From Azolla caroliniana (Eukaryota; Plantae; Polypodiophyta): a DNA stretch of 64,000 nt. Location of the stretch: assembly GCA_043228905.1 (NCBI GenBank), contig JBHGNT010000005.1:12586001-12650000 (forward strand), read 5' to 3'. Position numbers and translations under genes: made by a program. Shown here in pieces: positions 49,140 to 61,802 of this stretch. The notes below the pieces were generated by a model. That model did not search any database and was not told the DNA's origin. It was given only the letters and a program-made list of their open reading frames with translations. Numbering within the stretch: position 1 is the first letter of the stretch; every line of letters begins with the position of its first letter.

Positions 49140-51522
49140 TGTCATGGACACACCAAGCGCAGACTAGGACGGAGCACAAATGATCGGGCTACGAGTGATC
49201 GATGAACTTGGAGCTAGATGTGACGAGGCTAGGAACTCCAGATTTTGTGAGCAACATGAGGGCATGAAGACAGAAATAAAGATCAAGGAGATAAAGATGA
49301 GGCGAAACAAGAATACTAGATTGAAGTGTCAATTACTGATGTTGAATCCTTGAAAGGGACATATCTCAAGAATGTACCTACTTAGAATATACCGCAGAAT
49401 AATTCTAGAATATACTAACGACTAGAATATTCTCGAATGTACTATACACTAGACTCTACAATATATACAAGTTCACAATTGAATGTGGAAAGTTCACAAG
49501 AGTTTCCATATGGTAAACACAACACTATGTACACTAGACTCTACAATATATATAAGTTCACAATTGAATGTGGAAAGTTCACAAGAGTTTCCATATGGTT
49601 AACACAACACTATATATTGTATGTGAAAAGGCAGAGGTTTGAGTCTAGAATGTGACATTATCCCCCCTCTTACACTGCCTTCTCGAACCGGTCCTTGGCT
49701 TAAGGGGATATTGTTGATGAAAATCTTAGACCACCTCCAAAGTATTTTGTAAATCCTAGACAAGGAGTAACCCTTCCAGAAGATGAGGTATTGAACACCA
49801 ATGAGCATGAGCAACCGTGTGTGGTCCTCGTCGAGAACTGGAACACGAATACCAACAGGCATGAGTGACCATGTGTGGTCCCCACGGGGAACACAAACAC
49901 CAACGGGCATGGGAGACCATGTCAATCCTTGCTGAGAGTTGGAACATGACAACCAGTGGGTGTGAGAAACCATGTGTGGTCCTTATCGAGAACTAGAACA
50001 TGAATAATGGCAGGCATGAGCGACCATGTCAGTCCTCGTTGGTATCTAGAACATGAACAATAGCTAGACTAAGCGACCATGTGTGGTCCTCACCGAAGAC
50101 TGGAACACGAATACAAACGGTCGTGAGTGACCATGTGCGGTCCTCGCTGAGAGTTGGAACACGAACACCGACGGGCATGAGTGACCATGTGGCCCTCACC
50201 GAGAACTGGAACACGAATGGACATGAGCAAACATGCGGCCCTCACCGAGAACTGAACATGAACGGGCGTGAGCGACCATGTGTGGCCCTCATTGGGAACT
50301 GGAACGTGAGCGACCATGTGCGGTCCTCATCGAAAACACGAACGGGTGTGAGAAACCATGCAGCCCTCACAGAGAACTGGAACACGAACGGACGTGAGCG
50401 ACCACGCGGCCCTCACCGAGAACTGAACACGAATGGGCGTGAGCGACCATGTGGCCCTCACCGAGAACTGGAACTCGAACGGACCTGAGCGACCATGCGG
50501 CCCTCACTGAGAACTGAACACGAACGGGCGTGTATGACCATGCGGCCCTCACCAAGAACTAGAACAACAACGGACGAAGGAGTGCAAGTGAAGCAGTCGA
50601 CTCAACTTCTTCTATTATGAGAGGGTAAACAGTCGAGGTTGACCCAAGACACGACACAAACGGTAGCGCTAGCGAGAAACCCACGCGATCCCCACTAGGA
50701 AAGTGAGTTGTTGTGACCACCACCGAAACTAGAAGGTGAGCGATCAAAATCAATCCTCGCCAACCGAAAGTGGCGCGAGACTTGAACTATAACGAAAATG
50801 CAGTGCAAGCGAGCAATGATCAGGTGGTTGTGACCCCCACCGGAATTGGGAAGGTGAGCGATCGAAAGCACTCCTCACCAAAACTATGATGCAAAATGAT
50901 ACCTAAAAATGATGACAAGTAGTGTTGATGACGACGATGGTTGGGCGAACAGGTGCTGAAAATGATGACGTCGAAGACAAGGATGTTGATGACGGTAACT
51001 CCGGAAGCAAGGACGCTTATGATGGTAACTCTTGACACAAAGGTGTTGACAAAGACAAGTGGTGCTCCCAGTTGGAAGGGATTCAAATTGTCACATACAC
51101 ACCGAGCGCGGACTAGGACGGAGCACAGATGATCAGGTTACGAGCGACGGATGAACTTGGAGCTAAATGTGACAAGGCTAGGAACTATAGATGTTGTGAG
51201 CAACATGAGGGCATGATGACAGAAATAAAGATCAAGGAGACAAAGATGAGGTGAAACGAAAATACTAGATTGATGTGTCAATGACTAGTGTTGAATCCCT
51301 TGAAAAGGACATATCTTGAGAATATACCCGCTTAGAATATACCATAGAATAATTCTAGAATATACTAATGACTAGAATATTCTCGAATGTACTATACACT
51401 AGACTCTACAATATATACAAGTTCACAATTGAATGTGGAAAGTTCACAAGGGTTTCCATATGGTTAACACAACACTATGTATTGTGTATGAAAAGGCAGA
51501 GGTTTGAGTCTAGAATGTGACA
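49140..51522 (-). mobile_element. Non-autonomous Tcn1/Tf1-like LTR element (LTRs 49140-49657 and 51089-51522) with a minisatellite core
   Basis: Paired LTRs, TSD TAGGG/TAGGA, PPT AAGAGGGGGGATAA and chromodomain tail relic DFHQQYPLKP. Confidence 0.88.
49790..50570. repeat. Minisatellite of about 45-60 bp (GAGCGACCATGTGGCCCTCACCGAGAACTGGAACACGAACGGGCGT-like), roughly 15 copies
   Basis: Direct reading. Confidence 0.88.
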
Positions 51523-53489
51523 TAGGAGTTGTTTTGGGCTTGCCCATGCACCTCTCCTTTTTACAAACACGTTCGAGTACTCGTGCCTTGTTTGTGTAAT
51601 CCTTCCTTGTGTTGTGCCTGTGAGCCCTATTTCCATCCCCTCCATAACCCTAGGGGTTCCGCCTCATGATCCGCACATAGTGAAAGATTTTCACGACACC
51701 GTAATGGAAAGGGTCCGAAGTATGCTTGCACATGCTAAGTTACTAAAGATGTTCTGGACTGAGGCATTGATGACGGCAACGTACGTGATAAACCGATCAC
51801 CCTCAGTACCCTTAGACGGTGATATTCCACAGAGGGTGTGGAGTGGCAAAGACGTATCGTACCGACATTTGAGGGTGTTCGGTTGTCTTGCTTATGTGCA
51901 TGTGGCAAAGGACCAGAAGGGGAAGCTGGACCTGAAATCTCGGTCATGCATATTTCTTGGTTATGGCAATGATGAATTTGGCTATCGGCTATGGGACTTA
52001 GCTGAGAAGAAAGTGATTAGGAGCCGTGACATTGTCTTCATGGAGGAAAAGAAATTAGTTGACTGGGAGATTGACAATAAGTCTCCAACTACCGAATCGA
52101 ACTGAGTCAACGCTCGGCCGATTCGATCGAAATCGAATCTGAGCCCGTCGGCCGAGTTAATACTCAGAAAAATCGAGAACCAACTAAAGAACGAGGGGAA
52201 TTGGTCGAACAAGAAACCAAATTCGACTCGGCCAAAGAAGTCGAAGAAGAATCAACTGTGCCGAACGGAGGCCGAAGATATCCCCTAAGAGAAAGGAGGG
52301 GCCCCCGAAGATTTCCGGAGGAAGAGCATGTACTACTAACCGATGCAAGGGAGCCAAAAAGCTTTGAAGAAAGTGGTTGAGTGCCATGCAAGAGGAGAGG
52401 GATTCCTTACATGAGAACCACACATATGAACTGACGGAACTGCCGAGAAGAAAGAAGGCACTTCGGAATAAATGGGTATACAAGTTGAAACCGGGAGATG
52501 GCAGGAATCCACCCAGGTACAAAGCACGAATCGTTGTGAAAGACTTTCAGCAGAAGAAGGGTGTCGATTTCGACAAAATATTTGACCCGGTCATGACGTC
52601 AATCCAAACCATGTTGAGCATCGCGGCTAGCATGGATCTCGAAGTCAAACAACTGGATGTCAAGACGGCGCTTTTGCACGGTGACCTTGAAGAGGATATC
52701 TATATGCACCAGCTGGAAGGATTTGTGGAGAAAGGTAAAGAGAACTTGGTATGCTGATTCAGAAAGAGCTTGTACGGGTTGAAGCAAGCTCCTCGGCAAT
52801 GGTACCGAAAATTTGAATCCTTCATGACGGAGAACGGGTACCACAAAACCTAGGCAGATCACTGCGTATTTGTGAAGAAATTCGACGGAGGAGATTTCCT
52901 CATCCTTCTATTGTACGTGTACGACATGCTAATTGTGGGATGGGACCATACGAAGATCTGAGTGTTGAAAAAGGCTTTGAGTAAAACGTTCTTGATGAAG
53001 GATATGGGTCGGGCAAAGAAAATCCTGGGGATGCACATTGTTTGGGATCAAACAAAGAAAATGTTGTGGTTGTCACAAGAAAAATATGTGACAAAGGTGC
53101 TCCAGAGATTCGGCATGAAAAGCGCGAAACCGGTCGGCTCGACACTGCCGACGAATTGCAAGCTAAGCAAAGAACAATGTCCGAAATCGAAAACCGAGAA
53201 GGCCGAGATGTCAAAAGTTCCTTATGCCTCGGTTGTCGGAAGCCTGATGTACGCGATGGTATGTATTAGGCCAGACATAGGACACGCAATCAGCGTGGTT
53301 AGACGATACATGAGCAAACCCGGAAGAGAGCATTGGGCTGCCATGAAGTGGATACTTTGGTACCTAAAAGGCACCTCAAACGTGTGTCTTCGTTTCGGTT
53401 TAGGTAACCCCACACTGGAAGGTTGTATTGACTCAGACATATCGGCTGATGTGGATACCAGCCGATCCACGTCTGGGTACCTAATGACT

Positions 53490-56400
53490 TGTTGTAAAAC
53501 AGTGCTCGGCCACAACCGAGGAATAGGATCAACTACAGAGTGCACGACGTACAATAGAGAGAAGAGTGCACGGGATGTTTTACGTGGAAAACCCTAAATG
53601 GGGGAAAAACCACGGGAGTCCACAAGCTCCAACTATCACTATAAACAGAGATGTACAATGGTGAAGCTACAAGGCAACAACCTTGAGCTCACTGTCTTCG
53701 CCACAGGCGGCGGCAGTACACAGAGGCAACGACCTCTTCGTCTCTCTCTCTCTCTCTCTCTCTCTCGGCTGCTCACTTAGCTCTCTCAAAGAAAAACCAA
53801 AAAAATGAGCAACAACAACAAACTGTTTGCCCTAAGTCATATTTATACACATATGACTTTCGGGCTATTTACAAATATAGCCTCAAGGGCCCTTGGCAAA
53901 CATATTCACAAATATGTCCCCGCATCCGGATCTCTCTCCGGATACATTCGTCATCCGGCTCCGTAGCCGGGGTCTTCATCATCCGGCTCCGGAATCGTAA
54001 CCGTAACCGTAACCGTAACCGGGATTGCCGTCATTCATCTCCGGACATCCCATCCGGAGGGACCGAAAATCCCAACAAACTCCCCCTTCACTTCGGCATG
54101 GGATGTCTCTCCAATCCGATCCTCTTCCGGCATGCTTCCAGCTTGTCGGGTGTAAGTACCTTGGTCAGTATATCCGACCCGTTCTCGTCCGTGTGGATCT
54201 TCGTCAGCACGAACTCCTTGTCTTCTATCCTTTCCCGGATCTTCGTCAGCACGAACTCCTTGTCTTCTACGCTGGATGTGTTTCGTCCGGGAATGGTAGG
54301 CCGCGTTCTTCGCAAGGTGGATGGCACTCTGACTATCGCAGTAGAGCTGGTACTCCTCCTGCCGGATACCGAGCTCTCTAATGAAGTCTTTCATCCATAT
54401 TATTTCCTTGCCGGCTTCAACAGCCGCCATGTACTCCGCCTCCGTGGTTGACAACGCAACCGTCTTCTGCAGCCTCGACTGCCACGAAACAGCTCCCCCT
54501 GCATACGTCATCACATACCCGGATGTGGACCGGCTGGTATCTGCATCAGCCGACATATCCGAATCGGTAAAGCCGTCGAGTTCGGGCTTACCGGAGCCGA
54601 ATCGGAGGCATACGTTTGCCGTGCCCTTCAGGTATCGAAGTATCCACTTGACCGCGTTCCAGTGTTCTTTGCCGGGATTGCTCATGTACCGGCTCACCAC
54701 TCCGACTGCATATCCTATGTCCGGCCTTGTACACACCATTGCGTACATCAAGCTTCCGACGGCAGAGGCATATGGTACTTTCATCATGTCCTCTTTCTCA
54801 GCCTTTGTCTTGGGGCTTTGCTTGCTGGACAGCTTGCAGTTTGCCGGGAGGGTTGATCCGACCGGTCCTGCTTCCGACATGTTGAACCGGTGAAGCACCT
54901 TTGTTACGTACTTCTCCTGTGACAGCCACAACTGCTTCTTCTTCCGGTCTCGTATGATGTGCATCCCTAGTATTTGCCTCGCCGGACCCAGGTCCTTCAT
55001 TGAGAAGGTTCGGTGAAGTGCTTTCTTCAGCATCTGTATCTTGCCCTGGTCCCGTCCGACGATCAACATGTCGTCCACGTACAGGAGGAGTTTTAGAGAG
55101 TCTCCTCCTTCGAACTTCTTCACAAACACGCAGTGATCGGACTGCGTTTTGTGGTACCCTTCGTCGGTCATGAAGGAGTCGAACTTCCGGTACCATTGCC
55201 GGGGAGCCTGCTTCAGTCCGTAAAGGCTCTTCTTCAACCGGCATACCAGGTGCTCCTTCCCTTTCTTCTCGAATCCTTCCGGTTGCTGCATGTAGATCTC
55301 TTCTTCGAGGTCACCGTGAAGGAATGCCGTCTTCACGTCCATCTGTTCTACCTCGAGGTCCATGCTTGCCGCTATGCTCAGCACCGTCCGGATGGAGGTC
55401 ATCTTCACTACCGGGGCAAATATCTCGTCGAAGTCGACGCCCTTCTTCTGCTGGAACCCCTTCACTACGATCCTGGCTTTGTATCTCGGGGGGTTTCCGG
55501 CATCTCCCGGTTTCAGCTTGAACACCCACTTGTTTCAAAGTGCTCGCTTACCTTTCGGCAACTCCACAAGTTCATATGTGTGGTTCTCATGCAGGGAATC
55601 CATCTCGTCCTACATGGCACTTAACCACCAGCGGCTATGGTTATCAAGCTTTGCTTCTTCAAAACTTTCCGGCTCCCCCTCGTCGGTTATCAGCACGTGC
55701 TCTGGTTCCGGAAATCTCCGGGGGGCCCTTCTCTCTCTTAGAGGATATCTCCGTTCCGGAGCTTCGGTAACCGGCTCCTCCGTTTCCTCTTCATCTGAAT
55801 CCATTTCGGGATCGGGGCAGGTTCCGGTATCAGTTTCATCTTCCTCGGCCGGTTCTGTTTCTTCACCGTCTTCGGCCGGATCCTCGAGTGCTAACCGGTC
55901 CCTTGCCGGTCGGGACTGCTCTTCGTAGAGTTGATCCTCACCGGTTGACTTGGAGCTCTTCATCTTCTTCTCCGACTCCCAGTCGGCGAGTGTCTTGTCC
56001 TCCATGAAGATGATATCTCGACTCCTGAATATCTTCTTGTCGACCGGGTCCCATACTCGGTAGCCGAACTCGTCGTCGCCGTAACCGAGGAATATGCATG
56101 GCCGGGTCTTTGGATCTAACTTTCCTCTCCGGTCCTTTGCCACATGCACGTATGCGAGACACCCGAACACCTTCAGATGCCGGTAGGACACTTCCTTACC
56201 GGTCCACACTCTCTGGGGCGTGTCTCCGTCCAAAGGTACTGAGGGTGATCTGTTTATCACGTATGTCGCCGTCGACATTGCCTCAGCCCAAAACCCCTTG
56301 GGTAATTTCGCATGCGCCAGCATACTCCGGACCCTCTCCATTATGGTCCGGTGCATCCTCTCGGCCAGCCCGTTCAGTTCCGGCGTCTTCGGCACAGTAA

Positions 56401-58794
56401 ACTCGAGCCGGATTCCCTTCGAGCGACAGTACTCCTGGAACTGCGCCCGGTATTCCCCTCCGTTATCCGCTCGTATCGCTTTCAGCTTCTTGCCGGATTC
56501 CCTTTCCACTCTCGCGTGGAGTTCTTTGAAGACGCACAACACTTGGTCCTTTGTCTTCAACGGTGCCGTCCACAGCTTCCGGCTGTGGTCATCAATGAAT
56601 GTCACGAAGTACTGGGCTCCGCCATGTGACTTCGTTTCTACTTGACACACGTCAGTGTGCACCAACTCCAATGGTGCGCTACGTCTCGTCGATGGCCTTG
56701 AGTGGAAGGAGGTCCGGTTTTGCTTACCGGCCAGACAGTCGGTGCACTTCTCCAGGTGCACATGCTTCACTGGAATAAGGTTGTCTTCTGCAAGCCTCTT
56801 CATCCCCTTCTCACTCATGTGGCACAGTCTCTTGTGCCACAGCTCACCGGCAGCGTCGGCTGCCACGTTCAACTCCTCCGGACACAACCAGGCATTCATA
56901 AGGTATAGTGTGTTGACTTTTCGGGCTCGAGCCACTATCAGGCTCCCCTTGCTGAACTTCATTACACCGTTCCGGATGCTACCCGTGTAGCCTTCATCGT
57001 CTAGCCTCCCGGCCGAAATCAGGTTCAATCGAACCTCCGGAACGTGTCGGACATCCTTCAGCAGCATCTTGCATCCGGTTGATGTCATCAGCCACACGTC
57101 TCCTATGCCGGCAATCCGGCATGTACCTTCATTTCCCATCCGGACACAGCCGTGCTCACCGGCTGTGTAGGATGAGAAGTTTTTCTTCTCCGGGGTCAGG
57201 TGGAACGACGCTCCGGAATCGACCACCCAGGTCATCTCTTCACCGGCAAGGTTCAACTCCGTCTCTTCGGTAATGAGCATTATCTCTTCTTCACTTGCCG
57301 CGAGTGCCGTCGTTCCTTTCCGGTCCTGCCCTCGCCAATCCGGACCTCTCCGGTGCGTGGCTCCCCGGTATGCCCCGTTTCTCTCCGGTGACTTCTTCGA
57401 ATCGGTGTCGTCGGCTCCGTTGTCCTTTCGGTAATGCCGACAATTCTTCCGGAAGTGCCCCGGCTTCCCACAGTGGAAGCATGTGGGTCTTCCTCTTGAC
57501 TGCGACCGGGTCCCCGACTTCTCCCGTCTTTGCGGACTCCGGTTCCATTGTCTTCCCCGATCCGATTCGGTAAGCAGCATCTTCGGATCGGAAACCGGTT
57601 CTTTATCTCTCCGACGCGCTTCTTCGTTCAAAATGCTTGTCTTTACCGTTTGTAGAGACAAGTTATCTTCGGTGCAGGAGGTGCTGAGAGTCACCACCAA
57701 GTTCTCCCAGCTTTCCGGCAATGTACACATCAGAATGATGGCTTGCATTGCATCCTCCAACGGGAACTTGATCGCCGCAAGCTGGTTCACGAATCCCATG
57801 AACGTGCTCACGTGTTCCACCATATTCTCGCCGTCCCGGTACTTGAGGTTCACTATCTTCCTCATCAGGGAGGTCCGGTTCAACGCATTCTTCCTCTCGT
57901 AGAGGCCCGACAGCTTCTTCCACATCTCATATGCGTTGGTGTCATTCGCCACATGTTGTAGAACGCTTACATCGACATATTGCCGGATCGTCGCTACGGC
58001 TTTCCGGTTCAGGAGCTTCCACTCCGACTCTATTACCCCCTTGGGTATCTTGGCATTGTCGATCGGTTCATACAGGTCTCGGACGATGAGAAGGTCTTCC
58101 ATCTTTATCTTCCAGTCGGCGTAGTTATGTGAGTTCAACACCATCATGCCCGGAGGCCCACTACCGCCGCCTTCCATTTTCTGTGTTAACCGTGCTCTGA
58201 TACCAGTTTGTTGTAAAACAGTGCTCGGCCACAACCGAGGAATAGGATCAACTACAGAGTGCACGACGTACAATAGAGAGAAGAGTGCACGGGATGTTTT
58301 ACGTGGAAAACCCTAAATGGGGGAAAAACCACGGGAGTCCACAAGCTCCAACTATCACTATAAACAGAGATGTACAATGGTGAAGCTACAAGGCAACAAC
58401 CTTGAGCTCACTGTCTTCGCCACAGGCGGCGGCAGTACACAGAGGCAACGACCTCTTCGTCTCTCTCTCTCTCTCTCTCTCTCGGCTGCTCACTTAGCTC
58501 TCTCAAAGAAAAACCAAAAAAATGAGCAACAACAACAAACTGTTTGCCCTAAGTCATATTTATACACATATGACTTTCGGGCTATTTACAAATATAGCCT
58601 CAAGGGCCCTTGGCAAACATATTCACAAATATGTCCCCGCATCCGGATCTCTCTCCGGATACATTAGTCATCCGGCTCCGTAGCCGGGGTCTTCATCATC
58701 CGGCTCCGGAATCGTAACCGTAACCATAACCGTAACCGGGATTGCCATCATTCATCTCCGGACATCCCATCCGGAGGGACCGAAAATCCCAACA
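53490..58794 (-). mobile_element. Full-length copia family B element (LTRs 58209-58794 and 53490-54077); gag-pol 58177-54088 with two stops and a C-terminal rearrangement
   Basis: TSD TGACT and PBS 58194-58205. Protein nearly identical to 11718-15791. TAG at 55610-55612 and TGA near 55536. Confidence 0.96.
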
Positions 58795-59422
58795 TGACTT
58801 ATGCAGGGGGATTCGTTTCGTGGCAGTCGAGGCTACAGAAGGCCGAATATATGGCCGCAGCGGAATCCGGCAAGGAAATCATATGGATGAAGGAGTTTAT
58901 CAGTGAGCTGGGAATTCGAGAGGAGGAATTCGAACTCCATTGTGATAACCAAAATGCCATTCACCTTGCGAAAAAGGCCGCCTACCACTCGAGGACCAAA
59001 CACATCCAGAGAAGATATCATTGGCTCTGAGAGCGAGTAGAAGAAAAGGAGTTTGCTCTAGTGAAGATCCACACGGCCGAAAATGGATCAAATATGTTGA
59101 CGAAGGTGCTATCAGCCGAAAAGCTAAATGTGTGCCGACAGAGAGTCGGTTTGGTGAAGTATCCCATGCCAGAGTGAAGGGGGAGTTTGTTGGGAAACAT
59201 GTCCCTCCGGATGGGAAGAGAAGGACTGTGTTGGTGAGTATCTTTAGTAGTTGTTGGCCGTATGGCCTAAGCAAGGAGTGCGAGCACATAAACATCGGTG
59301 GTTGAATACTTAGGTTAAATAGTATGATACCTAAAGAAAAGTATAAAAGAGAATAGTAGGGGAGGAGAAGAGAGACAGAGACAGAGACAGAGAGAATTCA
59401 AATTTCAATTTATGTAAGAAAA

Positions 59423-59475
59423 GGTCTTTTGGCAAACATGTTTCGCTCTATATGAGCTCATTAGTGCTAAAGACC
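59423..59475 (-). ncRNA. Minimal type I hammerhead ribozyme (mutated) at the Penelope-like 3' end
   Basis: Minus strand reads GGTCTTTAGCA CTAATGA GCTC ATATA GAGC GAAA CATG TT TGCC AAAAGACC: stem I, CUGANGA core with G5>A, stem II, GAAA and palindromic stem III. Confidence 0.8.
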
Positions 59476-61541
59476 ATATACAAAAATGTGAGAGGCTTAT
59501 ATAAGGGAAGATGAAAGAAGAGAGAAGGGGAGTGGTGGGGATGGATGAGAGGGGTTTTGGATGTGTATAAAGGAGGATGTGGGAGTAAGGGAGGTAGTGA
59601 ATGTAGAGAGGGATAGCCTAATGAATTTGATGGGAAGGGATGATTTGGGGATCTATTATATTTAGTTCTAATAGATAGATAGCAATAGTAAGTGTGATGT
59701 TTTAATGGGGATTTGGGGATCTAATGTCTAGGCTAAGGTTGGCGTGTAAGTCTTGTAAAAACGAGTGGATGCCTAATTTAGGGGAGTTTTTAGAGTACCT
59801 AAGCTTGAATATGGTAGGTGTAAGGGAAGATTTGTTTTTATGCTTATGGATGAGAGTATTCCTAAGGGAGAAAGGATGTTTTTTAAAGGCTTTAAGGATG
59901 AAATGGGGTGGGTAACCTCGGCTAATGAGTCTAAGGAAGAAACATTTTTTCATTTCTAGGTACCCTATAGGTGTGCTTTCTCTAACTAGGTAGCGTTTTA
60001 ATTCGTTCGAAATAAAATTTTGTTTAACATGTATGGGATGGTCTGAAGAGAAGGGAAGATATTGATAGGAATTTAATGGTTTTGGGAAACAATTCAAGGA
60101 GAACTTAGAGTTCTCTAGATTGATCCAAATATCCAAGAAAGGGAGCTTAGTGGGGGATGTATGGATCGTAAGTTAATAGAGTTATTGGTCATAAGGCTAT
60201 AGAAACTGAGGTAGTCTAAGAGTTGGGGTTTCGTACCTGTCCAAACCCCGAATGTATCATCTATGTACCTAGTAAAATAGAAGAGATGGGGTGTGGTTTG
60301 TGAGTTTTCTAAGTGTGATAAGAAAAGGCATGCATAGACAACTGAGAAGTTTCTACCCATGGTTGTTCCTTTGATTTGTTGGTATACTTGATTATCAAAG
60401 GTCAGGTAGTGATACTCTAGGGTTAGAGCGCTAAGGGTATAGATAAGATTAGTCTTGGCTAAGGAAAAATGGGGGGAGATGATATGGCGAAGTGCTTTGA
60501 GTCCTAACTTAGGGGGGATGCTAGGATAAAGGGATTCTACATCAAAAGAGAAGATGAAACTGTTAGGAGGGACGGTTAGTTGTTCTAGTTTCTAGATGAG
60601 GGATTGTGAGTCTTTTAGGTATTGTTTTTGGAGTACTAGGATGGGTAAAAGTTGAAAATGTAGCCATTTCAAGGTTTGCTTGAATATCGAGTTATTATAA
60701 GAACAAATCGGTCTAAAGCTAATGGGTGTTTTATGGATTTTAGGGAGAGTAAATATTAGATACTTGATATCCCTTTAGGGGTTTATGGAGTATGTAATTA
60801 GCTTCGATAAAGGAAAGTGTTCCTAGATTTTTTTGGACTATTCTATTTAGGCGATATAAGAGTTCTTCTAATGGAAAATGGGTTACTTTTCTATTGGTGG
60901 TGGTATCCGAGAGATGGTTTATAGCTTTTTCATAATAGGTATCTTTGTCTAGAACACATACTCCCATGTTCTTATCAGCCAGAAGAACGATAATTTGGTT
61001 GTTTTTCCTAAGGCTCTTAAGGGTTGTGGAAAGGTGAAATGGTGTCCTAACGGGTTTGGGTTTAGGTTGTTGGAGTTTAGACAAAAGGAGGGTTTCATGT
61101 TTTTTAATAATATTTTCAAGAGGGGGATATTGAGATGGTGGATTCCAGTTAGGATTTGGTAGTTTAAATGGATTAAGGAGGGTTGAGTCCATGTCTCTAA
61201 AGAAATGTTTTAAACGTAAAGATCTACTTAAACTAGCAAATTCTTTAACGATAGTATTAGTGGAAGGTAGAGAGGATGGTGGAATGTATTTGAGTCCTAA
61301 GCTTAGCAATTGTGTTTCATTATTTGTGAGGGGGTGTTTAGATAAATTGTGGATTTTACTTTCTATTCGAAGGGTAGCACTAAGTGGTTTCCAAAACATT
61401 TTTCGTAGTCTATTACTATTGGATTTTTTCTGATGTGGGCGGAAGGGGAAAGATGTATTTGTATTACCTAGCCACATAAAAGTGTCTGGGTAGATGTGTT
61501 CCTATTAAGAAGACAAAATAGGCGTCTACAAGGATGCATGG

Positions 61542-61802
61542 TGTTACAGGCATGACCATATAATATCCCATGGTGAGAATTTACCGTAGTATTCTATACA
61601 CGTGGATAAGTGTGAGGGTTAAACGAGAGTGTAAAGAAGGGGAGGATTACTTTTAATCCTCGGGATTGAGACAACCCATTAGGCCAAGTGTGAACTTGCC
61701 CGGGGGCCTTGGGTATCGCTATAAATAAGAGGCCTAGATACCCTCATTTGATCATCTTGTTGACTATGTTGAGACTCTGTCTTGTGGTGGGTCAACTCTT
61801 GT
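61542..61802 (+). mobile_element. Truncated LTR of chromovirus family I inside the Penelope-like element
   Basis: Closely matches the reverse complement of 10332-10593. Confidence 0.88.

Larger units (their letters stand above)
48274..51698. mobile_element. Non-coding insertion, probably a solo LTR of about 1 kb with roughly 120-bp internal repeats, itself interrupted at 49140-51522
   Basis: Termini TGTCGTGA..TCACGACA and flanks CAGT/CCGT. Motif GCTTGCCCATGCACCTCTCCTTTCACAAA recurs. Confidence 0.7.
46180..59240 (+). mobile_element. Old copia family B-related element hosting three nested inserts (host segments 46180-48273, 51699-53489, 58795-59240)
   Basis: Collinear degenerate gag-PR-IN-RT-RH fragments resume across each insertion. 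PPT and LTR start at 59188. Confidence 0.88.

Noticed and set aside
61430-61477. WLGNTNTSFPFR as the YIGxT..R half of an N-terminal GIY-YIG
   Set aside because: Only about 30 aa separate it from the RT N-terminal domain, too few for the rest of the fold, and no GIY motif was seen.
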